Below, in pieces: positions 33,829 to 45,033 of a stretch of 64,000 nucleotides of DNA. Within the stretch, counting starts at the first letter, position 1. Every line of letters starts with the position of its first letter. The DNA is taken from positions 1 to 64,000 of the forward strand of contig CAWJTV010000029.1 in the NCBI GenBank assembly GCA_963845755.1, in the 5' to 3' direction. The translations under genes and the position numbers were made by a program. Source of the stretch: an uncultured Planctomycetota bacterium (GTDB lineage: Bacteria; Planctomycetota; Planctomycetia; Isosphaerales; Isosphaeraceae). The notes beneath the pieces were generated by a model. That model did no database searches. It had not been told where the DNA came from and worked only from the letters and a program-made list of their open reading frames with translations.

Positions 33829-36575
33829 TCACCGATCCACTTCGCCCAGCACGATATCGAGGCTTCCGAGGATGCCGACGACGTCGGCAATCGTGTGGCC
33901 CAGGCACATCGACTCCAATGCCGTCAGGTTGATGAAGCTCGGGCTGCGGACGTGGTAGCGATACGCCGTGGGTGAGCCGTCCGCGACGACATAATAGCCG
34001 AGCTCGCCCTTGGGGTTCTCGACCCGGGAATAGGCTTCGCCGGCGGGCACCTTGATCTGATAGCTCTTCTTGCCGGGGAGGATCGGCCCGTTGGGGATCC
34101 CGGCCACGGCCTGCTTGAGGATCTTGACCGACTCGCGCATCTCGAGCAGCCGGACGTAATAACGGTCGTAGAGGTCGCCGTTGCGGGCGGTGATGACGTT
34201 GAAATTGAACCGGTCGTAGATGCTGTAAGGTGCCGCGCGGCGGATGTCGTAGTTGACCCCCGAGGCACGCAGGACCGGGCCGGCTGTCGAGTAATTGATC
34301 GCCTGCTCGCGAGTCAGGACGCCGACTCCCTTGCCGCGGTCCAGCACGATCTCATTCCCCGACAAGTAGCGGTCGAGCTCGTCGATCTTCTTGTCGAGCC
34401 GGTCGTAGGCGATCCCCCGGCAGCGCTCGATCCACCCTTCGGGCAGGTCGAAGGCGACGCCGCCGAACCGGAAGTAGTTGCACATCATCCGGCTGCCGGC
34501 GGCCCATTCGAAGAGGTCGAGGATCAGCTCGCGCTCCTCGATGGCGTAGAGCGCCGGAGTGAAGAAGGCGCCCAGGTCGTTGAGCAGGAAGCCGATCGAC
34601 CACATGTGGCTGGCGATCCGCGTCAGCTCGGCCATGATCACGCGGATGTACTCGGCCCGCTCGGGCGGCTTGGCGTCGTCGCCCATGAGCTGCTCGACCG
34701 CCAGGGCATAGCCGAAATTGTTCCCCATGCTCGTGAGGTAGTCGAGCCGGTCGGTGAACGGGAAGTTCATCAGGAACGTGTTCCGCTCGCCGATCTTCTC
34801 GTGGTTGCGGTGCATGTAGCCCATGACCGGCTTGAGCCCGATGATCGTCTCGCCGTCGACGCGGAGGTTCAGCCGGAACACCCCGTGCGTGCTCGGGTGC
34901 TGCGGCCCCATGCTCACGATGAACTGGTCGGTGTCGAGCTCGGCGATCTCGACCCCGCTGGGCAGCAGGGTCTTGCCCTTGGGGTCGTCGCCGCTGGAGA
35001 GCGAGGCCCAGTCCTTGAAGTCCTTGGGGATCTTCACGTTGGAGCCGTAGGGATTGACCTCTTCGGCCCGGAAGTGCTGGCCGAACCCCTCGTCGACCCG
35101 GCTGGAGAAGACCTTGGTCGGGCCCTCGTAGTACGGCTCCAGGAAATCCTTGCGAAGGGGATAGTAGGCGAAACCTTCCCACATGAGGATCCGCTGGAGG
35201 TCGGGGTGCCCGGCGAACCGGACACCCATCATGTCGTAGACCTCGCGCTCCTGGAAGTCCGCGCCGCGATAGACGTGATAGAGCGAGGGGACCTCGCCCT
35301 GACCCTCGGCCTCCGCGGTGCGGACCCGCAGCTCGATCAGTGTCCCCGGTTTGGTCGATGCTCTCGAGCTGGTAGTTGACCTCGATACAATCCTCGTAAT
35401 GGACGCTCTGGAGGCTCGCCAGGTAGTCGTACTTGATGGGGTTCTTGTCGCGGAGGTAGAGTGCGACCTCGACCAGTTTGTCGGTCTGGACGAGCAATCC
35501 GGCCTGGATGGTGGTGACCGTCCCCGGTCCGAACGCGGCGTTGATGCGGCCGGCCAGCTCGCTGAGCTTCTCGGCACCGAGCCATACGAGGCTCGGCCGG
35601 GCTTCGGCCTTCTTCGCCTTCTTGCCGGGCTTGGCGGCGGGCGCCGCAGGGCTTGGCTTCGGCGGGCGCGGCCCCATCGGTCGCGGGCGCCGCCTCACCG
35701 CGCGCCTTGGCGCGGATCAGGTCGATCTTGCTCGGGGCCTTGGGGACCGCGGTGGCGGCTTCGGTCGGGGTCGCCGCCGCCTCGGTCGATTCCGGCTCGG
35801 GCTGGGGCGCGGGAATCTTGGCCGGCTTCGGCAATCCCGCCTCGCGCGCCTCGATCAGGCCCATCGCCGTGCGCTCGGCGCAGATCTCCACCGTGCGGAG
35901 GTCGATCAGGTCGGGGCCGAGCACCGGGATCGGGATGTCCCGCTCGACATCGTCGCGATACCACGGCGTGTTGCCCTTCCGGTTGATCAACGGCATATCG
36001 ATCTTCTCGCCGTCGATCTTCTTCTGGAGCATGATCAGGCCGTTCAGCAGGGCCTGCGGCGTGGGCGGGCAGCCGGGGATATAGACATCGACGGGCAGGT
36101 ACTTATCGATGCCCGAGACGACATTGTACCCCTCCTTGAACGGCCCGCCGCCGGTGGCACAGGCGCCCATGGACATCACGTATTTCGGCTCGGGCATCTG
36201 GTCGTACAGCCGCGCGATCATCGGCATCATCGTCTTGGTCACGGTCCCCGAGACGATCATCAGGTCGGCCTGGCGCGGCGACCCGCGGAAGACCTCGGCG
36301 CCGAACCGTGCAATGTCGAACCGGCTGGACGCAGTGCAGATCATCTCGATCGCGCAGCAGGCCAGGCCGAAACCCAACGGCCACATCGCCGAGCGGCGGC
36401 CCCAGTTATATACCGTGTCCACGATCCCCAGGAGCTTGTCCCATGTCGTCACCAGGACGTGCTGCTCCAGCTCCTTTTGCAGGACCGGGTCGATGACCGT
36501 GCTCCACTCCGGGCGGGTGATTGTCGCATTCGTCATGATCGGATCATCTATGCCTGAATGAAGACTCGCAGCCAT
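33829..36575 (-). CDS. nuoBCD: NADH-quinone oxidoreductase subunits B, C and D, probably one fused ORF (indels near 35650 and 35355)
   Basis: Nuo[19 protein letters not shown]; NuoC ADFQERE.YDM.G..F.GHP.L.RIL; Nuo[27 protein letters not shown] and D are in one open frame. Confidence 0.9.
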
Positions 36576-36705
36576 GGTGACAAGCCCCTGAATGCGGGAC
36601 GCGCCGCCAGACTGCTTCGTGATCGTTCGACCGTCGGATCGAGGGGGCGAGCGGTGGTCGCCAATCCTCGGATCGTTCGGGCTCCTTAAGCGGATGCGGC
36701 CTATC

Positions 36706-38638
36706 CTAAACGGCGCCGCCCGGTTCCGCCAGGGGGGACCCTGACTCGGGAGCCGGCAGGAGTTTCCGTCGAGAAACCGGACGGGGCGAAAGCTCAGCCC
36801 TCCAGGGGCGGCCGACCAGGCGATCGAAGTCCGCGACCGCACGACGCCAGGACCACCATCCGACCAGCGCCGGGCCGATGGTCCCGATGAGGCAGGTTGC
36901 GAGCACACGGAGCGCCCCCTTCCCCGTGTGAATTCCGACCCACTCCAAGGGGGGATAAGTGCCGTATCGAAGGGCGTCGTGGACGTCGCGATAGGACACA
37001 AGCGACAGCCAGACGACGGAGGGATGTGACCCGGCAGCGAGGAGCACCGAGTTGAATCCGCGGGGGAGCAATAAAGGTAACACCAGGAAGAGCATCAACA
37101 GAAACCCAAGATAAATGCTACGTCCCGAGGCCGTGGCCTGATCCTTGGCTCCCACGGAAGCTCGAACTCCCCACACGGCGAACATCCAGATCGATGCGGC
37201 CAGATTCAGCATCGTAAGAATGTAGCCGAGCGGATGGACAGCGCCCGCGAGCAAGCCTATCGTGCCCAGAACCACCAGGATCACGAAAGTCCCCCGTAAA
37301 CGCCAAATCAGCGACAGAATCGTCGACTTGAGGATATCGCGCGCCGACAAGGGAGTCGCGAGCAGGCTGCCCCAGGTCTCTTTCCTGCGCTCCAGCATGA
37401 GGATCTCTGTAGCGGTGCCCGCAACGATCAATGACATTAGGAGCGTGATTGTGATCATTACATAACGCAAGAACACATTGAACTCTGTCCGGGCCACATC
37501 CACCGGCGCATTGGCGTCCGAACCGGGCATGAACATGCGGACGAAAAGGTTCATCTCAGGACTCGCGGAGCGGGTCACGCCGGAGGAATACCCGTACCTC
37601 CAGACCTCGACCACGGCGGGTCGGGCGAAGTAATACGTCGCGTACGCCAGCGCGCCGACGACTCCGAGGTTGATGATCATGCCGATGGCCTTCATGAAGC
37701 CATTCGAAGTCGTGGTGTACATCTCTCTCCAGAGGATCGGGTCATCACCGACAGCGGGCCTCGGCCGGAGTCGCCAGACGAGGCGCCTCCGCGCCCGTTG
37801 ACGCTCCTGAACATCGCCAGTGGCCTGCGCCCGAAAGGTTGAACGCAGTCGAGCCATCGACCCGATCAGCAGCAGGACGCCACCCGCGACCTGGAGACCA
37901 CACATCCAGGCTAACGCATAAGTCAGCCCTTTCGACGCCCCGACGCCCATCGCAATCTTCATCATCACGGACATCGGACTGCTCGCGATCAGCCATGCGT
38001 TGATCATCGCGGCCCAATCGGGAAGTCTCAGCCCGAACCGGGACAGGACTATCGGTAAGAACATGGGGCCCATTAGCCAGGCCATGGTCGTGAGTACCGA
38101 GGCATTCACGGCCTGGCGGCCGACCGGTGACATGACGGAGAACCAGATCCCCACGGACGCCAGAAAGAACGCCGTAGTTCCGATCCCGCCGTACGTTACG
38201 AGGATTAGTCGAGAGTCCACGCCTCCCAGAAAGTGGAGCAACAGCATGACCGGCAGCGCCCGCGATGATCGTCGTGGCGAATACGACGAGGCACGCTGCC
38301 AACTTCTCCATGACGATTTCGGCCGCGCTCAACCGCGTGATGATCAGAAAGTCGAGCGTCCGGCGATCCTTCTCCCCGGCGATGGTCATCGTTGCACGGA
38401 CCAAGATCGCACCCATGAGTGCCATGGCGTGAAGACCGATGACGAGTAGGAACGCCCTTTCAGCCGCTTGTACCAACTCAATGTTCGGGAGTTCCCACCC
38501 TCCCGCGTACGCCCAGGCCACGAAAGTACACACGACAATCGCCAGCATGAACCCCGCGAAGTAGGCTCGCTGCGAGTGAAGCCCCTCTCGACGCACGGCG
38601 TGCACCAGCTCGCGCCGAAAGATCGGTATAATGCTCAA
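36706..38638 (-). CDS. ABC-2-type transporter permease; frameshift near 38255
   Basis: [49 protein letters not shown]; many TM helices. Confidence 0.82.
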
Positions 38639-38839
38639 ATTGACGTCCTCGTCGTTGGCCCGAAGATTGTCCCCAGGGTTTCCCGAGGGCCGATTCCGAA
38701 TGGCGAGGTCTTGCGAAAAGGTCCTCGCTGAATTGCAGGGTGGCGATCTCCAGAACCTACCACAAATGTCAGATCAAGACAAGGATCGAGGAATCCCTCT
38801 CGGGACTCGAGGTGGGTCCTTTCGTCGAGGATAAGTTCG

Positions 38840-40290
38840 GTGACACCTGGACCCAAGGCACTCGAAACCATCTTGAGTCGGTGCGGCATTCGCCTGGAGC
38901 TTCAACAATTTGATCTGCTCTGGCGATATCATGAGAGGCTCCGCGCCGCGAACGCCGAGCTCAACCTGACGCGGATCCACAACTTCGAGAACATGGTGCT
39001 CAAGCACTATGTTGACAGCCTGCTGGTGCTCCGGTTCATCGAGTTGCCGTCGCCGTTGATCGACATGGGCTCGGGTCCGGGATTGCCGGGGATCCCGCTG
39101 AAGATCGCCCGGCCCTCGGTCCGGATGATCCTGGCCGAGCCGCGCGGGCGCGTGCGAAGTTTCTCCGCGAGGTCTGCGAACAGCTCGGGCTCGAGCGAAT
39201 CGAGGTCCATCCCCACAAACTCGGGCCGGATTATCCCGAACCGGTTGCTGGTGTGATCAGCCGGGCGGTCGGACCGATCCCCGATACGCTCGACCGCATT
39301 GCGTCGTGCCTCGTTCCCGGCGGGCGGATGATCTTCATGAAAGGCCCGGAGTGTGAGACCGAGGTGGCCGAAGCGAGGGAGTCGCACGCGGGCATTTTCC
39401 GGCTGGCCGACGATCAGGCTTATGCCATCCCCGGGACGACGCACCAGCGTCGGCTTCTGGTCTATGAGCGGTTGGAAGGAGAGCCGCCGTCGCGGTCGCG
39501 AGTCAGACAGACCGACCACACCGTCACCTTCGGCGGCTCCATTCGCGAGATCACCAGCGCGACCAATCCCACGTTCAAGCAGTGCCGCGACCTGCTCGCC
39601 GGTCCGGGCATCCGGAAGCATGGAGAGGCGATCCTGGCGGGCTCCCGGATCCGCGACGAGATCCTCGCGCGATTCCCGGAGCGCGTCCTGGGCTGGCTGA
39701 CAGACGCCAACGGACCGCCGCCTCCCTCCGAATCAATCGCGTGGCTGCGTCTGGGCGATCCGTTGTTCAAGGAGCTCGACGTGTCAGGGACACACGCACC
39801 GCTCCTGCTGGTGCGCGTGCCGGCGATCCTTGCCTGGTCCGACGACGATCCCTGGCCCGAGGGCTGTACGTTGTTCGTCCCGTTCCAGGATCCTGAGAAC
39901 GTCGGCACCGTGATTCGCTCGGCGGCGGCGTTCGGCGTCGCGCGGGTGGTGCTGCTGCGTGAGGCTGCTCACCCGTTTCATCCGCGCAGCACCCGGGCCG
40001 CCGGCCCGGCGCTATTCCAGGTGCCGCTCTTCCAGGGCCCGCGACTCGAGGACGTGCGCGTTGCGAACGCATCCCTGATCGCCCTGGATACCACAGGCCC
40101 CGAACTGTCCGACGTGCCCTTCCCAGCCCGTTTCGGCCTGGTCGTCGGGGTCGAGGGGCCTGGGCTGCCGGACCACTTGCGCCATGGCGAGCGACGCCGG
40201 ATCGCCATGCAGCCCGGCGTCGAATCGCTCAATGCGGCCACGGCCACGGCGATTGCACTCTACGTCTGGTCAACGCGGAGTGGCGGATGA
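38840..40290 (+). CDS. rsmG: 16S rRNA m7G527 methyltransferase RsmG fused to a TrmH/SpoU RNA methyltransferase; frameshift near 39150
   Basis: NLTRI, KHYVDSL, DMGSGPGLPGIPLKI, SRA, MKG then ITS..NP, QDPENVGTVIRSAAAFG, G.EG.GL, VESLNAA. Confidence 0.9.
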
Positions 40291-40322
40291 TCGGTCACGA
40301 CCCGCGGGCGGACCACAACATT

Positions 40323-40754
40323 TCAGTCCTTGATGCGCGTCAACTCGGTCACGATCTGCTCATAGCCGTTTTGTTCGTACTTGGTAGGACGGTCGCCCAT
40401 CGGACAGAAGCAGAAGATGAACTTGTTGTCTCCGTCGAACTTGTAGATGCCTTTCGAGGTCTTGCCCTTGGCATCTTCGGGGCCCTCGTCGATCTTGAAG
40501 TCGATCGTCTTATCGGGCTTCGCGGTCGAGTCGAGAGTGACGGTCATCTCGTAGGACCGGGACGGCGTCTCGACCTTCAGCTTCTTCCCTTTGAAGCTAT
40601 AGGTGACCGTGCCCCCGTCCCCGGCGGGCGTTTTCCACTTGCCCTCAAGCTTCTTCAGGTCCGGCCCGGCTTTGTCTTCGGCTCCTCGCACCGCTCCGCC
40701 GGTCGCCAGCAAGCCAGCCATGGCCAGAGCCATCCAGGCGCGTCTCGTCATCAT
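40323..40754 (-). CDS. Planctomycete TIGR03067-like exported domain protein
   Basis: Signal peptide, DLKKLEGKW, P.KTID, KGIYK.DGD, RP.. Confidence 0.8.
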   Translation of the reverse strand: MMTRRAWMALAMAGLLATGGAVRGAEDKAGPDLKKLEGKWKTPAGDGGTVTYSFKGKKLKVETPSRSYEMTVTLDSTAKPDKTIDFKIDEGPEDAKGKTSKGIYKFDGDNKFIFCFCPMGDRPTKYEQNGYEQIVTELTRIKD

Positions 40755-40898
40755 CCTCGTGACCTCCATCGTGTGTGGGCTCGTTCTTTCGCTCTCACAA
40801 CCCATCGGGATGACCCGGCTGTGGTACTCGGGAGTCCATGAGAGCGGGACACTCATATCCCATGCGGAATGAATGTATACCTGCGACCGTGCCGGAGG

Positions 40899-41429
40899 TC
40901 AAGTGCTGATGGGACCGACCGATTTGCGCGCCTCGCGCACGATGTGCGGAAGTTCGGGGAGGATGATCCGGCTCATCGCGAGATCGACTGCGGCGCGCGA
41001 GCCCGGCATGACAAGCACGGCCTGCCGGCCCACCAGGCCGCCGACGGCCCGGCTCAGGAGGCACGCCGGGCCGATCTCGGCATAACTCAGCATGCGGAAG
41101 AGCTCTCCATAGCCGGGGAGCGGCTTGGTCAAGAGGGCGTTCACCGTCTCATACGTCTGGTCCCGAGGACTGATGCCCGTTCCCCCTGTGATCAACACGG
41201 CATGCAACTCATCACGCGCGGCGTACGCGCGGAGCAGAGGAGTCATCCGCTCCGGTTCATCGGGCACGATGACCCGATCGACAATCCGATGCCCCACCGC
41301 CTCGGCCAGGGACACGATCAAGGCGCCCGATGTATCGGTCTCGAGCGTCCGCGTGTCCGAAACCGTCATCACGGCCAGGTTCAACGAATCCAGCGCCGTG
41401 GCGCGATGCTCGTTCACCGATTGGCTCAT
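40899..41429 (-). CDS. moaB: MogA/MoaB molybdenum cofactor biosynthesis protein
   Basis: TVSDTR...TD.SG, TGGTG...RD.T.E, PGYGELFR, LSRA, PGS. Confidence 0.92.
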   Translation of the reverse strand: MSQSVNEHRATALDSLNLAVMTVSDTRTLETDTSGALIVSLAEAVGHRIVDRVIVPDEPERMTPLLRAYAARDELHAVLITGGTGISPRDQTYETVNALLTKPLPGYGELFRMLSYAEIGPACLLSRAVGGLVGRQAVLVMPGSRAAVDLAMSRIILPELPHIVREARKSVGPIST

Positions 41430-41593
41430 GGAAAAGTTCTCCAGACCCCGAAGTCATTGCATCCCGCCCATCCCAACAAATGAGATCGGCCTGTGATGGC
41501 GGATTGCGTCGGGAAGCGGGGTATTCTTACAATGATAGGGCGTGGGGATCACGATGCGGAGGCAAGGTTTCACCGACTGACGGAGGTGTAATC

Positions 41594-42993
41594 ATGGCCA
41601 CAGCGCGGCGACGGGGCGGGAACGGCGCGTGGCTGCTGGGGATCTGTCTCCTGATGATGACCGGAGTGATCGCCTGGAAGACACCTCGAGCGCAGGCCGA
41701 CCTGATCGACCTCCGAGGCGGTGGCCAGGTGCAGGGCAAAGTGGTGCCCGACCCGAAGAATAAGGACCGGGTTCAGGTCTGGCTGCTCAGGGGGCGGAAT
41801 CCGCTCTCGTTCCACAAGGGGCAGATTGTCCGTGTGACTCGTCAGGCGAGTCCCCTGGACGAATATGTGCTGAAGCGGGCCAAGGATCCGTCGACGGCCG
41901 CGGCCCAGTCGGAATTGGGGTCGTGGTGCGATGAGCATGGCCTGCCGGACCTGGCCAAGGTCCATTTTGAAAACGCCCTGAGTCTGGACTCGACGCTCGA
42001 TGAGGCACACCGGAAGCTCGGGCACGTTTACCGGGAAGGTTCCTGGCTGACCCGGGACGACCTCAGTGCCGCCCAGGGATTGGTGAAGTACAAGGGCGCT
42101 GGATCACCGCCGAGGAGAAGACCAAGCGTGAGGAGGCGGCCCAGACCAACGCGTCGCAATCGTCCTGGCTGCGGCGGATCAGGCTCCTGCGGCAGGCGAT
42201 CATCAACGGCCCGGAGGATCGGCGGCGGGAGGCCGAGTCGCAGTTGATGTCGATCCGCGATGCGGATGCCGTGGTGCCGCTGGTCCGCGTCTTCGCGCAA
42301 GACGAGCGGCCGAGGCGAATCCTGCTCGCCTTGGTCTTGTCGGCGATCGGCACGCCAGAGGCCACCCGGGCCCTGGTCGGCCGGGTGCTGGCTGAATCCG
42401 ATTCGGAGGTCCGTCAGGTGACCTTCGAACACCTCAAGCAACGCGACGAGCGCGGAGTGCCGGCCCAGTTCGCCCGGGCCCTGGCGTCCGAGGACATCCA
42501 GGTGATCAATCGGGCCGCCTGGGCACTCGGCAACCTCGAGGCCGTCGAGACCGTCCCCCGCCTGGTGTCCGCGCTCATCACGGTACAACAACAGATCATC
42601 ATGGTACCCGTTCCCGGGGTCAATCTGCCCCCGGACCCGCTCGCGCCGATGGGGCCCGCCCCGGCCCTCAAGGCGTTGAACAGCAGCGGGATTGTCGTCC
42701 AGACGCCGCCGGCGGTCGGACCCGGCGTCGTCGCGTACGGCATGTCGGCGATCCCATGGTACCAGTTGTCGTCCCCCGGGGTGGCTGCCAGTTTGGGACT
42801 GACCCCCGGCTCGCGGCCTTCGCTTCCGGAGCCCAAGGTCGCCACCTTTACCTACCGGAACGTCGAGGTCCTCAGCGCCCTCCAGAAGCTCACGGGCCAG
42901 GATTTCGGATATGACGTGACTTCCTGGAAACGTTGGGTCGCGCGATCCTTCAACCCCAATCCCAAGCCGTCTCGCCTTGTGCCGCAGCCATGA
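41594..42993 (+). CDS. Exported HEAT-repeat protein; frameshift near 42100
   Basis: GGAGG RBS, signal peptide, INRAAWALGNL, N.EVL.AL.KLTGQDFGYD...W..W. Confidence 0.75.
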
Positions 42994-43080
42994 AGTAGCG
43001 AGTGGCAGGAAACGACCGAAGCGGCCAGCCCTTGCCTTTTGGAATGCGGTGAATCCGGTCTGATACTGAGGTCGTGCACG

Positions 43081-43962
43081 GTGCCAAATGAATGGGACGA
43101 AGCGCTGGATGAGCGGCGGACATTGATCCGCCAGGTTCGGCAGCGGCTGGAGTCGTTGGGCCGAGCTGGGTTGACCTCCATCCCGGCGAGTGGGCGAACC
43201 ACCGAGCCGGCTCCGCCCCAACCGGCTCCGCCACAGCAGCCCGTCCTGCCGGTGGCGACGAAGCCGTCGGCGATCCTACCGCCCCGCGCACCGGCTGCGA
43301 GCCTGCCGCCGATTGCGACGTCACTATTCGAGGAATCGGGGTTCGAGACTCCGCCCGTCCCCGCGGCCGATCGACCCGCGATCCTGGCCGGGTGCGCGTT
43401 GGAGGTCGCAAGTTGCCGGCGGTGTCCGCACCTGGCCGCGACGCGCACGCAGACGGTCTTCGGCACCGGGACGCCGACGGCCCGGTTGATGTTCATCGGC
43501 GAGGCGCCCGGTGCCGACGAGGACCGGATCGGCCAGCCGTTCGTCGGCCGCGCCGGCCAGTTGCTCACCGACATGGTCACCAAGGGCATGGGACTGCGGC
43601 GTGAGGATGTATATATCGCGAACGTCCTGAAGTGCCGGCCTCCCGATAATCGCACGCCCACGCCCGAGGAGGCCGCCAACTGCTCGTCATACCTCGAACA
43701 TCAGCTCGCCGTGATCCGACCGGAGTTCCTCTGCCTGCTCGGCAAGACCGCCGCCTCGGCCCTGCTCGACATCCTGCCGACGACCACGATGGGGCAATTA
43801 CGCAAGCGGTGGCACCGCGTAAAGGGGATCAGGACCCTCGTGACGTACCACCCGTCCTACCTGCTCCGCACCCAGTCCGCCAAGAAGGATGCGTGGGAAG
43901 ACTTGCAAATCCTCATGAAAGAGATGGGGCTGGCGGTCCCGGGCAAGAAGCCCAGGGAATAG
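43081..43962 (+). CDS. Uracil-DNA glycosylase family 4
   Basis: C.RC..L...R.QTVFG, GEAPG.DED..GQPFVG.AG, NVLKCRPP.NR.P, YHPSYLLR. Confidence 0.95.
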   Translation: MPNEWDEALDERRTLIRQVRQRLESLGRAGLTSIPASGRTTEPAPPQPAPPQQPVLPVATKPSAILPPRAPAASLPPIATSLFEESGFETPPVPAADRPAILAGCALEVASCRRCPHLAATRTQTVFGTGTPTARLMFIGEAPGADEDRIGQPFVGRAGQLLTDMVTKGMGLRREDVYIANVLKCRPPDNRTPTPEEAANCSSYLEHQLAVIRPEFLCLLGKTAASALLDILPTTTMGQLRKRWHRVKGIRTLVTYHPSYLLRTQSAKKDAWEDLQILMKEMGLAVPGKKPRE

Positions 43963-44015
43963 AAGGAATCTGTGTTCGGCGGGAAGACACAGCCCAGTAG
44001 AGGAGTGTCGAACGT

Positions 44016-44996
44016 TCAGCGCTTCTTGGCCGCGACGGCGGCCTTCGCCGCCTCGACGATCTTGCCCGCCGTGAGGCCGTACTTTTCGAGGAGGGCATCC
44101 GGCGCGCCGCTCTCGGCGAACGTGTCGCCCAGGTTGACGTACCGGATCGGCACGGGATGGACCTCGGCGACGGTCATGGCGACGACGCTGCCGAGCCCGC
44201 CGTGGGCAAGGTGTTCCTCGGCGACCACGAGCGCCCCGGTCTGCTTGGCGGCCGATTCGAGCACCGCCCGGTCGATTGGCTTGACCGTATGCATGTCGAG
44301 CACGCGTGCCTTGATCCCCGTTCCGGCCAGGGTCTCGGCGGCGTCGAGCGCCGGTGCGACCATCAGGCCGTTGGCGACGATCGTCACGTCGGATCCGTCG
44401 CGCATCGTATTCGCCTTGCCGATCTGGAAATTGGCGGAGCCGCCGGTGTAGATCTTCGGCACCTCGGGACGGCCGCAGCGCAGATACACCGGCCCGTCGT
44501 GCTCGATCATCGCGGCGGTCGCGGCCTTGGCCGAGTCCTCGTCGGCGGGGACGATGACGACGAAGCCGGGCAGGGAGCACGCCAGCGAAACATCCTCGAT
44601 CCCCATCTGCGACGCCCCGTCCTCGCCGATGGAGATGCCCGCATGGCTGCCGACGACCTTGACGTTCATGTGAGGATACGCCACCGACATGCGGAGCTGG
44701 TCATAGGCATTGCACGTGATGAACGCCGCGAAGCTGGCGATCACGCTGGTCTTGCCCGAGGAGGCCAGCCCCGCCGCGACGCCGACGAGATTGCTCTCGG
44801 CGATCCCGACGTTGAAGAAGCGGTCGGGATACTTCTTGCCGAACCATTCGGTCCGCGTCGAATTGCCGACGTCGCCGTTGACCACGACCAGGTTCGGATG
44901 GTCGGCCCCGAGCGCCTCGAGCGCCCGCCCGAACGCGTCACGGGTCGCCTGGCCCAGCTCTCGTTTCGTCTGCAACGCGGAAGAAGCACCCGCCAT
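44016..44996 (-). CDS. Transketolase, C-terminal subunit
   Basis: ATRDAFG, NVGIAE.N, HAGIS.GEDGASQ, KPID, EEH...GGLGS. Confidence 0.93.
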   Translation of the reverse strand: MAGASSALQTKRELGQATRDAFGRALEALGADHPNLVVVNGDVGNSTRTEWFGKKYPDRFFNVGIAESNLVGVAAGLASSGKTSVIASFAAFITCNAYDQLRMSVAYPHMNVKVVGSHAGISIGEDGASQMGIEDVSLACSLPGFVVIVPADEDSAKAATAAMIEHDGPVYLRCGRPEVPKIYTGGSANFQIGKANTMRDGSDVTIVANGLMVAPALDAAETLAGTGIKARVLDMHTVKPIDRAVLESAAKQTGALVVAEEHLAHGGLGSVVAMTVAEVHPVPIRYVNLGDTFAESGAPDALLEKYGLTAGKIVEAAKAAVAAKKR

Positions 44997-45033
44997 GTGT
45001 ATGGACCTTTCTTGCTAGCCACTCGCCTCTTCG

